From positions 5,045,950 to 5,109,949 of the forward strand of contig NC_134026.1 of the NCBI RefSeq assembly GCF_964204645.1: a stretch of DNA of 64,000 bases, given 5' to 3'. This document shows positions 34,146-53,575 of this stretch, piece by piece (positions within the stretch are counted from its first letter, which is position 1; the number at the start of each line of letters is the position of its first letter). Made by a program: the position numbers and the translations under genes. The notes below the pieces were generated by a model. It saw only the letters and a list, made by a program, of their open reading frames with translations, searched no databases and had not been told where the DNA came from. Source of the stretch: Tubulanus polymorphus (taxonomy: Eukaryota; Animalia; Nemertea).

Positions 34146-37100
34146 TCTCATCGCTTGAAAAACTTTTTCAAATCCATTCCATGGCCTGAATATCGGATGA
34201 GAGTAAACCATAGACATCATCTATCTAGTCATTTTACGTATGACACGCAATTGTAAATATCGACATTGACATCGGTAGCTCTCTGAGAAACTGGTAATAA
34301 TGAGACATACCTCGACATCAGTTCAGAAATGGAACTTATTGTAAATACGAATAGAATACTGACCAGCTCATGCGCACTTCGAAATATCGTCTGGCATCTC
34401 TTTCTTGTGTAATATGGTTAATCAATATTTTGTATTGTTTCAACGATTGAGATTGACTGAATTTAAATGCGTACTGTCAAAGCAATATTAGGATATATCA
34501 TATAGTAGCCGAGATTAAAGTTAATTTGAGACCAAACAGAATCAAAGAACATACCAGAAAACGTGTACTGAACATTCAATGGTACAGCTGTATGTACATG
34601 TACATGTATTGTATGGATGTAAGGATTTCGTTAAAGAATGTGCCAAGCCGTACACTTTAGTGAAGGAAGTAATGCTACTGAAATGTAGTTACAAATAAGG
34701 ACGGATGAAAAAATGTAATCAATATACAGAGGAACCGCGTTGTTTGGATATAGAAATTTATCGATGAATACAAACTAAGAATTTCATCCCATAATGGATA
34801 ATTTTGATAATTTCAGGCCAGATATACCTATATAGATGGCTTTAACGAAATTATTGTCTGGGCCTCTGAAGTTGGTAGTAACAAGGTTCCACTGTTATGT
34901 CCTTGCAATTGCACAGTGGCTTAGCAATACTCAAATTGATTGCACTAACTAAGTTACTTCAAAAGAGTGGCATTTAATGAATTTTTAATGAAAAATCCTT
35001 CCAAAATCTTGCAAAATGCAGTATACTTAACAAGCAAATAGGGGCTTAATAGCGATACTCTGAGTTGGTTAGTCGGTATTGCATTGGTCATCTATTTCGG
35101 GTGGAAATGATGGCTTCAATTTAAACTAAAGGTATTCAGGTATATTTACATAATACGTACGTTATTTACATGGTAAAGAATTCATGGTGCTATGTTGTTA
35201 ATATTATATTATTGTTACTATGCTTTTTATTCGACTGTGATTTTGATAAGATTTACCTGTAGATCATGTAGAAGACTGTTTTAATATTTTTCCTCATGAG
35301 GTGGGTAAATTCCTTATCGTAAATATAGAATATGCGAGGACATTGATTTATGAAGTACTCGACTGAGTAGATGGTACTTTTTGATGTTCTACAGGTGAAG
35401 CATAATCTTGAAGTGATGTGGCCTTGGCAGATGTGGAAGACAAAATTGATCATTTATCATATATAGCAAGACTTCCTTCTGTTCAAAGCATAAATAACTT
35501 TGTGTGAAAACTACCAGAATTGGTAGAAACTGTTAAGGCCAATTTGTCTAGATTTGTTGAATTATAGGTCATGACAATCCGGCATAAGAGGCTTTTAAAT
35601 TTATGATGATCATATGATAATCATTTTAGGCATATGTCGGTAAATTTCTGGGGCTTTATATTAGTCATGGTGTGAAATCATTCTGTCACCTAGCTGTTGC
35701 AACTATCAGTGTTTAGTTTGTTTTCACTTCATGCACACACAAAATGAATAACCTTTCAGTTAAGAAAAAAGAAACGTTATATGTATTTTATGTAAAAGCT
35801 ATATATTTTATGGTAATTTGTTATATTTTGAGCCTATGAAAAATTTTAGAATGTAAAACAATGGTTTTTAGGCCTCCTCTCCGGTGAAAATTATCAGGGC
35901 CTGGTGGATTGGAAAAAAAATTACTGTTTTAAGTGTATTTTTGTAAATCGTTTTTAAAACTAGGCTATGTCTCAACACTTTAAAAGAATTAGAAATCTAA
36001 AAAAATACTGATTGGGTTTTGTTTTTGAAAATGGCTGTAGTTGTCTTCAATAATCAAACTTCATAAGCAAGTTTCAATCATTAATGCTTTCTCAAAACTA
36101 TGCAAAATGCCTGCTTTCATCAAACACTTTATAATCTCTGGCAGGTATAGGAAAATCATGACCATTAATTATGTCATATCATAACATTTATTTTCATTGT
36201 TTATTAGTCGTATCGAATATTATTTTTGTTGGGATATTTGGGCATTCTTTGTGGGCATTGTTTATCCAGAAAGTTAATCAAGAAATAACTATCTACACCA
36301 CTGCTGTAGTTTCAGGCTGGTGGTTGATGAAGAACGAACTTTTGCGCTAAAGATTGGTTTCTACCGCATTTTCAGCACACGCTGAACTTGTAACATAGGA
36401 TGATACCTTGTAGTTTATTCGCGGGACGTATTGGCAGTTAGCCTACATTAGCATTGTAGGTCGAATATTCGAACACAACACTAAACGCAACCTAGACCTT
36501 CATTTACAATGCATTCCAGGAAATAAATTTAATATGTTACATTTTTTAGTGTGAGCAAGTTTCATGTGATGTTTGGCTACCAGTACTGGGTTTAGTGTTC
36601 TAGATGTCTGGGTTACTAGATTTAATTTTGAATGTCTGCCAACATTTTTAGTGTCGGTTGTTAGAAAACAGAAGTACATTAAAACGTCGTCATTGATCTA
36701 GATCTGAAATGGGGTTGAAATGTCGGGTTCCATGCCCGGACTCAAAAGATTTGGCAATTCTGTAACCATCACTGTATAATTTTCAATCACAGTCTGCCTT
36801 ATTAGCGTAAATTAACTTGTATAATAGGACCCGTTAATTATTGCTGAATTTTAATCGGAGAACTGGGTGTATAAGCAGTTTCTCGTTTACAATTTTTGTA
36901 TGAAATAAAGATAGGAAAATCTTCTGCAATCATGTACTGGTATCTTGTTCAATTTCGTTCTCGATGTGAACTTTCAAATGAAGCAGCAATCAAAGGACCA
37001 ATCTGTAAATAGTGGCATGGCACCTGATACCTATCAAAACTTGAATCCAGGGTTGGTTAGCAGTATTCAAAAGCTATTGTATGCTATTTTTTCGTTCCAT

Positions 37101-39600
37101 TCAATAGACATACCGATTGATAACCTTTGAACTTGCCTCAAATACACAACCTATGCAGATAGACCTATCCTACCACCTCATGTAAAATTGATGCCACCCC
37201 CATATATTTACTATCTAGCCCCTGCCTCTTTCAGAGATGTGTTCATATATACAACAGTAAATAGGCCTTTTCCAGGTTACTTTCAGTATACATCTACCTA
37301 CCAGTATGTATTATTTTTGGATCCCAACACATTTTCCTCATTTCAATCGATTCCTGTCTAAATTGAACCAGTATGATATATTTCGCCTAACAATGAAAAT
37401 AAGAAACAAACCGTCCGTTGATTTAAAATTTATGAATTCTATTTTCATTAGTTAAATACAACATTTCCATGGAACTACGCTATTTTTAAAATGTCATCAT
37501 ACAGTTATTATAACATACTGCACCACAATTCTATATTGTACTACAATGTGACACATAACTGAAATTAAAGCCAAATCATTGAAATGAAGGATTTCTCGCA
37601 CAAAAAAAACAGGATGCTGAGTAGATATAGCTTTTAAATTAGTGGAACAATATAAGCCCATACCATTGGATAGTTTATCACTATCGCGAAATAATTCTAA
37701 CAATTTTCAAATATTTTGTCATATAATCAGAGATAGATTTTTGAGGCTGCTTTGACTAGCAAGATTTTTGGCCCCACATTTGACTTGCACCATTGTGAAA
37801 AATAATTAGTAATACTTAACAATTTTGCAGTGAAAAGCCTGACTATCACAGCACCTAAACCGGCCTGTTGTAAGTATCTAACTACAGCTAAATATAAATT
37901 CACAGAATGATCTAATATGGGTATTGATGGGAGATCTTCCGTCCTTCCTTGCCATACCTTTCTAGTTTGCACCAACGAGAACCTTTCTTCAAAAATCATG
38001 CTCGAAGACATACATTTAAAGGTCAGCTTTAAATTGAAATTCAATGGAGAAAATCATAAAACACTTCAATAAAGATTTTTGCCATGAACGAGTTGTCGCG
38101 CAGTACAACAAATATTTTTTCAATCTATTTCGCAATCGTTGAATTGATTCAAATAAATTGAATGACTCATTCGGTTACGTGTCTAGAATAATACTGAATT
38201 CAACAATCTTAAGTACACAAATAAATCGACAGTTATTTTTAGAATAATAATAATAGAACATTGATAAATCACAATAGTAAATAATCATCTCGTACATTCA
38301 ATAGCATATCAGCCCTACAAGAAATTCGAAATTTTGGCCCCATTCAATTATTCACCCCCCCCCCCCAAACTAAGCAAGGACCAAGTTGGGGTGAGTTGAG
38401 TTTATTTCGATGATTTTGAACTCTAGGCCACACAGTTCTAAGTGATTTTCGATTCATCAAAATCAATTATTATTGATTAATGTACAGCTGGCCAGCATTT
38501 TTCAAGCAGTGATTAAAGCCCTATTTTTTGAAACCCATCTCAACTTAATCACTAGGATAAAATCCTTTAGAGAATTTCTCCCTGTAATAACCGGGATAGT
38601 CTTATCGCAAGCCCACCCCTGTCAGATTATTTTGGACTGTATTTAACAACCCAGACCACTCCAGTCATAGATTATTTTGGACTGTATTCAACAATATCCA
38701 AGTTTAACTTCATATCGTATTGCCAGCCTAAGGTCAGAAAAAATATGTCTCAATTGAAGAATGGATCCGACTTGAACCGAGTCTACTGTTAATTAATCGG
38801 ATTTGCGAACGCGTCGTGCTAAAAATGAGATCAACGGAAGCAATAAACATAAAGAGTATTTGTGAATTTTAACGCCTTTGATCGTTGTGTAAGAATTGAA
38901 AAGTACTCAATATCGTTGACTAATCATAGATCGATTAATTGAATAAACAGCAAATCACACATGTGTATTTGTAGAATAAGAAGAAATGTTCAAATCAACA
39001 CAAAAATGTTGAAAATATATAAAGCCAAGTAAAAAATCGTAAATACAAATGGAAACGTAGCAAAGCCAAATAACACAAATGTAGACACGGGTGAAAAATG
39101 TTTCATATGAACAATATGGCATTAAAACATTCTTTACTACCTTCCACTACTACTAAAAGAGTCTTCATTAATTATTCTTAAGTTTATACTAAAAAACTTT
39201 TTGATACATCTTGACATTTATTCTTTCTTCATTTCAGCAACCCAAATTAAAGACATACCACTTAGCAAATGAACATTACAATTTTTCTGGTGGTCGACAC
39301 TCGAGCCAAATACCTAACAAAAACCCGATTCAACTCTTATCTTTGATTTGTAATTTCAGTCCGCAGAGTTTTACAAAATGTTTAAAACAATGGTAAATAA
39401 GTACGGCCGTCCAGCATAGTGCTCTCGCGGCGGCAATCTCAATGGATGGATTGTCACATTTACTATGATTGCGACACAACAAATCATTATTTAGAAGATA
39501 ATAATTTTCCTAACGTTAACGAGTGATGAACTTAAAAGATAATTTCTGTCCCAAAATAGTCTTATCAGTGAGTGTGATGATGTACAGGGAGTCGGAGCGC

Positions 39601-42600
39601 TTATGTTTTTGGTTGTTGCGGGACTTTCTTTTTCTTGGTTCCATTCATCTGGAAATGCGGTCCGTACGGGTTCGGTTTCTCCAAGGAAAATACGTGTATG
39701 TTGAACTTTTCGCTCAGCTGATAAACCTGAAACAAACGATACGATGAATTGAGCATTTTCGGCCAAGCGCCGACGCGAAAGATTTAAAAATATCCAGAAC
39801 ATCATCGAAAGATAATTTCGATCAAGATGTACGACGTACAGCGTTCTTACAGTTTCAAACTACTACTTACCACCGTCACTCCGTAATGAACGTGCGCCAT
39901 AGTAACAAATATTGCGTAACCCAACAAAGCGTGAAGTTCATATACAGCTAAAGGAGTGAAAATGACCAGTGGTACCATGATAACGAGTGGCACCAGTATC
40001 CAGTGAAACAATATACTACGTGTATTACTCATCTGATTGACGATCAAATAACACTGGAAAAGATAATGGCGAATGATCATCGTGCTGTTGATGATAATGG
40101 ATATAACATTCATTAAGTCATTATAAGAGAAAACTAGCACCTGAAAGAAGAACAATGTAAGATATCTTAACATTTCAGTTACTCAATGGGATACCGGCAC
40201 ACACCAGATGGTGCAACAGTTCACTGAGTTATTTGCCGCAAAATTTGTTCGTTATAAATGAAATTTGAACTGGATTTCCGAAGAGTCTTAAAAGTTTCCT
40301 TGAGTTTATAATTTATTCATATTTTCGATACCATCAAGAATACTGAATTCCTGAAACAAGACTCGCTTTCCCACTCAGTGTATGGAAAAGATTTTACTGA
40401 AAATTTATTTTCTTATTGAAAACATCGAATCCAATTTAATCGAAACGTAGAAATTGATGTGCAGTAACCCGGCGACCACTAGTGAACCAACATGGAATCC
40501 TTGCGTGCCACAGTAGCGATGCCGGTACTCCATCGCTATGAGCCGTTTCCACGACTGTCCATACTTACACATATATTAGAGAAGCCGGTTCCTATAACCC
40601 ACATCATTAGTCGCGGTTGTTTGTCAACGATTCCTGATGGCGATAAATGAGACCACAGCAGAATCATCGCAAAAAATGTTATGGCACTGACACCTGGACG
40701 AATCGCCTCCGAAAAACTTCTCATTTTTCCAGTTTTATCGACATATGACCTGGAATAACACAGATAGACAAAACATTCAGACAAAATTCTCATTCCTGAG
40801 GTTAGCAATTACATTTAACCCTTTCAGTGCTGTCTATAAATCAATACCCAAAAGTACTGGTGATAATTTGAAATTTAAAAGAAATTCCACACTAGTATAT
40901 CGAACAACAGCGGACCACTCTGCACCTACACCGCAGCCAGGTGTATCGTTAGCTACTAATATTTCACTGTTTAACACCTTTCAATAGCGATTGAAAGTGA
41001 TTACTTATAACAACAATACCTGGTACATCGCAGTGCGGTGTGCTAGCAAAGTCCATCAATGATTTATACACCGCACTGAAAGGGTAAACCACCTAAATCT
41101 CTTTGCTTACTTAAAATTGTACGAAGCTACTAACACAGAGTAGATATAAGACTTAATACATGAATGGTTCGAAAACCACACTCAAACGCGGTGAACGGAT
41201 AATAAGATAAAAACCCACTATGTACAAATTTCTAATCAAAAGAATTTTAAATGAGGAATTTATTTATTCAAACAATCTTAAATATAAAATGGGATCATTC
41301 ATTTATTACGTACGCATAAAATTTGATTTTTTTCAACCCCCCTCCCTCTCTGTACGCAAATTCTGCCATTTTTTTCATATACATTAAGCATTACAGTACG
41401 CAATTGCACTGAACCCCTCCCCTATTGAGTACGTAATAAATGAATGACCCCAATACACGACGTTTCGATCTCACCCTAGAGATCATCAGGTGTGAGTAGA
41501 TAAATTCTTGATTTTAAAATTCTTTTAATTTGTACATAGTGGGCTTTTTTATTATTACATGAATATTGCTTACCTGTATATATTCCATATACTCATGGGA
41601 AGTGAAAGTGCAAAGCATCCACCTGAAAACAGAGGAAAGGCAATTGTTCCAGGAGCTAATTCTTCTTATAAGGTTTACGAGTTAAATCGACGTTATTATT
41701 GAATATGATCAGAGAAAAGCCATCAATCGAACTCACCAAGCATAAGCAGTACAGATACATCTGCAAACGTCATCTCCAGATAAGGGACTCGGAACTTGAT
41801 CGATTTATAACCATTGAAATACAAATAAACAAAAAAAATCGACAAAGTCTGAAAAACAAGATTAAAAAGAGATGTTAACCATTAATCAGTTTAATTTTAC
41901 AACTCTTGGGATGGTCCTTCGTAATCCAGACACAATTATATTGGGCTGCCAAAAAATTTTAGAAGATTCGTAGAGCAGCCATGTTAACTGGGTTTAGAAT
42001 AAATAATGAGACGAGTAGTAATATAAAGGTTAACTATTTATTTGATGCAAGAGCTCTCGCTACTAAAATGTATAGAAGCTTCATCAGGTGAATTACATTT
42101 TCAGTACACACAAAGAAAACAATTGACTCATACTGTTATATTGAAATTCTATGGTGACTGATAAATGATTGCTGTCCGTTTAAGTGAACCTAGTCATTTT
42201 CGTTCATAAAAAACTTCAAAACGTGCAATGAGAATGAGGCTTTACTTACGTATTGACTGATATCGTAGCCCCACGGTAGAAACAGCACTCCCGTTAAATA
42301 TTTCTCCCAGTGCGACATGAAAAACGTCACACAGCAACTCATCGTTAAATAAACGAACAGCAGAGCATCGCCGCCCCAGATACCGCGACCGAACGGCGAC
42401 ATCATAATCACCGGTAGAAATGACACGACCCAGCTGTCCAAACCGTGATCGAATAATTCACCTAGCGGAGTACTGGAACCCGTTCGTCGCGCTTGTTTAC
42501 CATCGCAGCCATCTGCAAATAAAAATGTAAAATACCATTGAGCTAGGTATAAAAGGAGAATCAATCAATGATCAGCGACCTATACTCCAGAGTTGATTGG

Positions 42601-43685
42601 CTCAGATTATGGCATATTTTCTTATTGCAATTCATTAAGATAATGACCCATCCCGCTCCACCTACCCAGAAATCTGGAGAATTTATCATAGTCCCAAAAA
42701 TCTGAGGCAAAAGCAGAACTTCTCTACTGTATTTACATTTCATCAAAATGTCAAAAATAGATTTTCTCAAGATTTAGAACTTAATTCACTATCCTCTAGA
42801 ATTCAAGCCATAAACCTGGCCCTGTTTTTAGCATAATAATACTTACCTAAAGTATGCGCTATAAAGTTGTTGATCGAACACATCAGCCACACCCATGGCA
42901 TAATAGGTGGATAATAAGGAACAGCATCGGTAGATGCGTAGAAATGCAGATCAAAGTACGTCAGTACGAAGTAATTCAAGATAATAAGTAGAAAGCCGGA
43001 AAACGTCATCAGATTCGGAGCAACCCATTTCGGCACAATCTAAAATAATGAAAAACAGAAGATTCGATTTATTGCTGGGAAACGAAAAGAAGGTTCTCTT
43101 ACGATGAAAATTCATTGAAATGAGCACCACGCAGCTTTAGACATTTGACTTACTTTTATGCACTGATTCCAAAATGGATGAGAAATGTACGTGCTCAATG
43201 GGCTGTTATCAACAGACCAATACTGAAAAATAAAACAAGAATACAGTTGAAAGCAGCAATAACGGGTTTCTGGCATTGATTATGCGAGATTTTCTGACTT
43301 AAGTTGACGATTCAGGATTTCAACGGCAGCCACTTCACTGCAATCTTTAAGCTTAACTACTTGAGCAATCCCAAGAGAAGAGAAAGATTTTGGAAAGTCC
43401 AAAAGTATAGGTGTGTAAGTAAAGTTTATTCGGTTATTCGGACCCTACTACGCATCTGCCACCTGCGGGATTTTTACAGAACTAAAAAACATTCGATTCA
43501 GATTTCATTCTATTTATCTCGTACTCAGTGCTTGTTGATAACACATTTTCATAAACAGAGCCACTTTCATGCAAATCTTTCTTGCTTGATTTCATCAGTT
43601 ATAATTCAAAAAACCTACAATCAATCACCTTATACTTATCAAAACCTTTCGATATCTCCGGCGTAATGTATTCCATAATCGCCAT
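39601..43685 (-). CDS. SELENOI: Ethanolaminephosphotransferase 1 (SELENOI/EPT1 homologue, no Sec), 9 exons
   Basis: [19 protein letters not shown]|[34 protein letters not shown]-alcohol phosphotransferase motif [47 protein letters not shown] and HVHYGV. The last exon 39726-39601 reads [24 protein letters not shown]...PKT*. Confidence 0.93.
40819..41084. mobile_element. piggyBac-like MITE in EPT1 intron
   Basis: TTAA|CCCTTTCAGTGC ... GCACTGAAAGGG|TAAA: a 12-bp perfect TIR with TTAA-like flanks. Confidence 0.7.
41199..41556 (-). mobile_element. Penelope-like inverted terminal remnant interrupted by a MITE
   Basis: Inverted arms of about 60 bp (CCCACTATGTACAAATT / AATTTGTACATAGTGGG) surround a minus-strand CTGATGATCTC-TAGGGT-GAGATCGAAACGT motif. 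Confidence 0.5.
41291..41451. mobile_element. PIF/Harbinger-like MITE
   Basis: TIR GGGATCATTCATTTATTACGTAC matches the reverse complement of the right end, GGGGTCATTCATTTATTACGTAC. A 3-bp duplication AAT flanks both sides. Confidence 0.78.
41983..42093 (-). repeat. Dispersed repeat copy A (Penelope-like end with degenerate hammerhead-like core)
   Basis: Shares AATGAGACGAGTAGTA...TTTATTTGA...GAGCT.TCGCTA...GCTTCATCAGGTGAAT with 50178-50289. Confidence 0.65.
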
Positions 43686-44604
43686 TTTTTTAACTGGTTA
43701 GTATTCGATCGTATGCAACGGCGTATGTAATTCGTTATCCGGGATTCGAACCTGGAACGTCGTTCGGGACACGAGCTCGCGAAATTCTGTTGCTCGAATT
43801 GAAAGAAATGCTTCAAATAGTTGTACTCACCGGACTCATATAAATCGGTTAGACACTGAAAAGTGGTAACTTTCTGGAAATATTAGAATAAATCTGACGA
43901 CCGTGTACATATCAATAAACAAATTCTGAATCTGTCTCGTCATTCGGCGGTTTTCGATAGTACATGTAATTTCGTTTATACGGCAACTGTAATTTCCTTG
44001 CATCGACTGTTTTTAGCGGGCATGATCGGAGACGAAAGACACCGGAGTTGGAGACGATTTCAAAGGAACCGGCAAACTTTTTTCATAGTGGGTGATTTAC
44101 TGACTCGTCGAGCATGGTCAGAGTCCCGATTAGACGATTTGGCCCGAGTCAAGCTTGTTCAAATTTGGTCCAGTGCCTAAGAGAGCGCACTGTTCACACG
44201 TAAATCACTCACTTGTTTCTAAATGCTATCAAAACGATGCAGCGAAATGCAAGAGGAGTCATTTCGAGCACATCGGTATTCACACATCAGTCGTAGGGCC
44301 AAATTTTTTCCCAAGATATATGGTAAGGCATTCTCTTGTCCTCTTATATCGTCAATCAAGTTTGGATAGATAGATAATTTTGCTTGATTGAAAATCAAAT
44401 TTGATGTTGATTGATGAAAACTATTCGACCAATTTGGATTTTTACAATTTAGCGGGGTTCGGTGCAGACGTCACATAGATACTTGGATACGCGGTCGTCA
44501 AGGAAAACCATAGGGCACCATAGCAACAAATGTCATAGCAAAATCACATTTCGTGAAAGCGGTCATAATTTTACGATGCTGTGTGATATGATTTATTTTG
44601 CACG

Positions 44605-46096
44605 ATGTTTTCTTTGAGATTATTCTCAATTTGTTGCTTTATTCTCTTGGCTACTCCGGGGGGAGTCGATGGAGATGAAAACTTCCTAGATTACTCGTGA
44701 GTATGAACCAGGCACATCGAATACTGTTTTAGATTTAAATGAGTGGAGGCTCATGATATCAAACAAAATATCCGATCGTATGCTCCTTTTGGTAATGATC
44801 GGTGCCACGTCGTTATGCAATGTTATATTCATGATGAACCGTCTGTTAAACTTTTTCCAGTATCTTGAACTGTGTATTCGGGTACGTGGCAGAAATCTTT
44901 TCGATTTTCTACCGATATAATGGAGATGAAATAGTCGCTGAGAAATACTACCAGAAGTAAGTAAGAATAAAAGAAAAGTATCCTTATTTTCAGGTTGATG
45001 CTCGGTTACCTGGACTGACATTTTAGTATTTTCTTTTCCAGTGTATGTTATTTAGATGTGTGCGCTTTGACTCAAAATGACACTTTCTACGCCGATAGGG
45101 ACTCGGACAAAACGCAGCAGAATAATGTGCATGTTCTGAACGAAAATAACAAAATTTGCTACTCGGACGTGTGCGCGTTAGTGAAAAATGACACTTATTA
45201 CGCGGATAACTTCTTTGATTCGACTATATTTGATGGCGCACTTATCGATGAAGATCTCAAAATTTCAACGATTCTTTTTGAGAATTTGAGCTGCTTTAAA
45301 TTATTATTGGTGGAACTGGTCTTATTGCTGAGTGTGGCTCTTCTTGGTCTTCTGTCAAAATTAATGAGATTCTTATTAAATGGTAAGGACTTTTGCGCTG
45401 CCTAAAGATCTTTCTGCGGTAAAATCACTTCATTGGAGCCCATACCTTATTGATATTCACTCATTTAATTTATCCAATAGCTCTGGTTGGAAAATATAGC
45501 GCAACTGCTGGTGAAGTCGCCGCTGCCAATTCCTCGATTGATGAGAACGAAAATGAGAAAGAAGAAGCCGACAAAAACGTCCAAGATCGCGACAAATTAC
45601 CACTATCTATTTCCATCGCGCCAGAACTAGAAGACTTTCGTCTGATCGTCAGTGAATCCCGGGTCAAAGCTTTCATGGAAAACGAAAATATCTCCAAAGA
45701 ATCGAAACAAATGGCGCTAAAATTACAGTTCCAGTTGGCCAAAGTTACAAAGGTAACTGAATATCCAATATCAAATCTGGGTGTTAGTGAGCTTTTTCTC
45801 AGATTTCAATCCAAAGCTTATAAGCAATAGAAGTGTTCATTGTTCGAATAATCATTTTGCAATTCACTATCTTGCAGTGTTGGGTTCACATGAGACTAAT
45901 GCGTGAGTTGGCGGTGAAAACTTACACCAGGCCATGGTTCAAAAGGTAAAATCTAATTTTTCAAAAATTCAAAAATTTGTTTTGAAAATCCATTAGATAT
46001 CGGTGTATTTTCATTTCTTCCAGGGAAATGTTAAAGAACCAGCAGCGATTCTTTCTACCTGCAGAAGATCACACACCATCATCACCTGTTAATTAA
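44605..46096 (+). CDS. Uncharacterised 313-aa predicted type I membrane protein, 6 exons
   Basis: Exons 44605-44696, 44861-44956, 45042-45382, 45481-45752, 45878-45945 and 46024-46096 total 942 nt. All five GT-AG introns join in matching phase with no stop. The product has a signal peptide, a duplicated CYxDVCALxxNDTxYAD motif and one hydrophobic segment. AATAAA follows at 46121. Confidence 0.75.
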
Positions 46097-46799
46097 AATC
46101 AGACGATCATGTCGATGTATAATAAACAAATTCATTCACATCTATCGTATCTTGCTGTTTCGTTTTACGTTACTATAATTACCGCACATTGGAGCGGTAC
46201 TTGATTTACCATGATCAAAGTGCTCCAGTCGACACAAGTCTCACGATCGGCCGGAGAGGGACAGACCGAAGCCCATTAAAAAAAAAGAATCAAAGACGGG
46301 AAGAAAAGTACATGTATTTTTGATATATCGTGTAGAACTTTTTATGTATTGACCGTGATGAGTTTGGCGATTTACTGTTCATTCGTCAGCCCAGGGGCTA
46401 TTAGGCTAGATAGCGACACTAGTTTCCAGCGGGACGGGGTGGGCTTAGAGGAGTCTAACGGCACAGAGGTCGGGGGTAGCTCAGGGATTTGTCATTTCTC
46501 CTTCTTTTGAAAGAATGTAATTGTTTACTTCTGTACTGTATATCATTTATTCTAATGTTCCTGGTTTGAATATGCCAGTACAAATTAATTTACATTGAAT
46601 TGCATTGAATTAAATCGTCCGCGTCGGAATCCGAAGACGGTGACCGAAGATTAGTAAATCATTACATCTACGACGAAACAACTTTTGAAACGTCAAAAAA
46701 GAAAAATTTCCAATTTTTTTGTTTTTACCTTGTAAATTCTCACACTTGCTTGATATAGTTTTTTGCTCGTGAGAAAGAAAACTATGCCAATTTGACAAT

Positions 46800-53575
<6,776 letters not shown>

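Noticed and set aside
34146-39600. Short ORFs between DEPTOR and EPT1 (e.g. 37727-38044)
   Set aside because: They have no recognisable motifs or consistent splice structure, and the AT-rich sequence fits two convergent 3' UTRs.
44686-45021. 111-aa minus-strand ORF as a gene
   Set aside because: It is antisense to the better-supported spliced plus-strand model, spans its introns and has no motifs.
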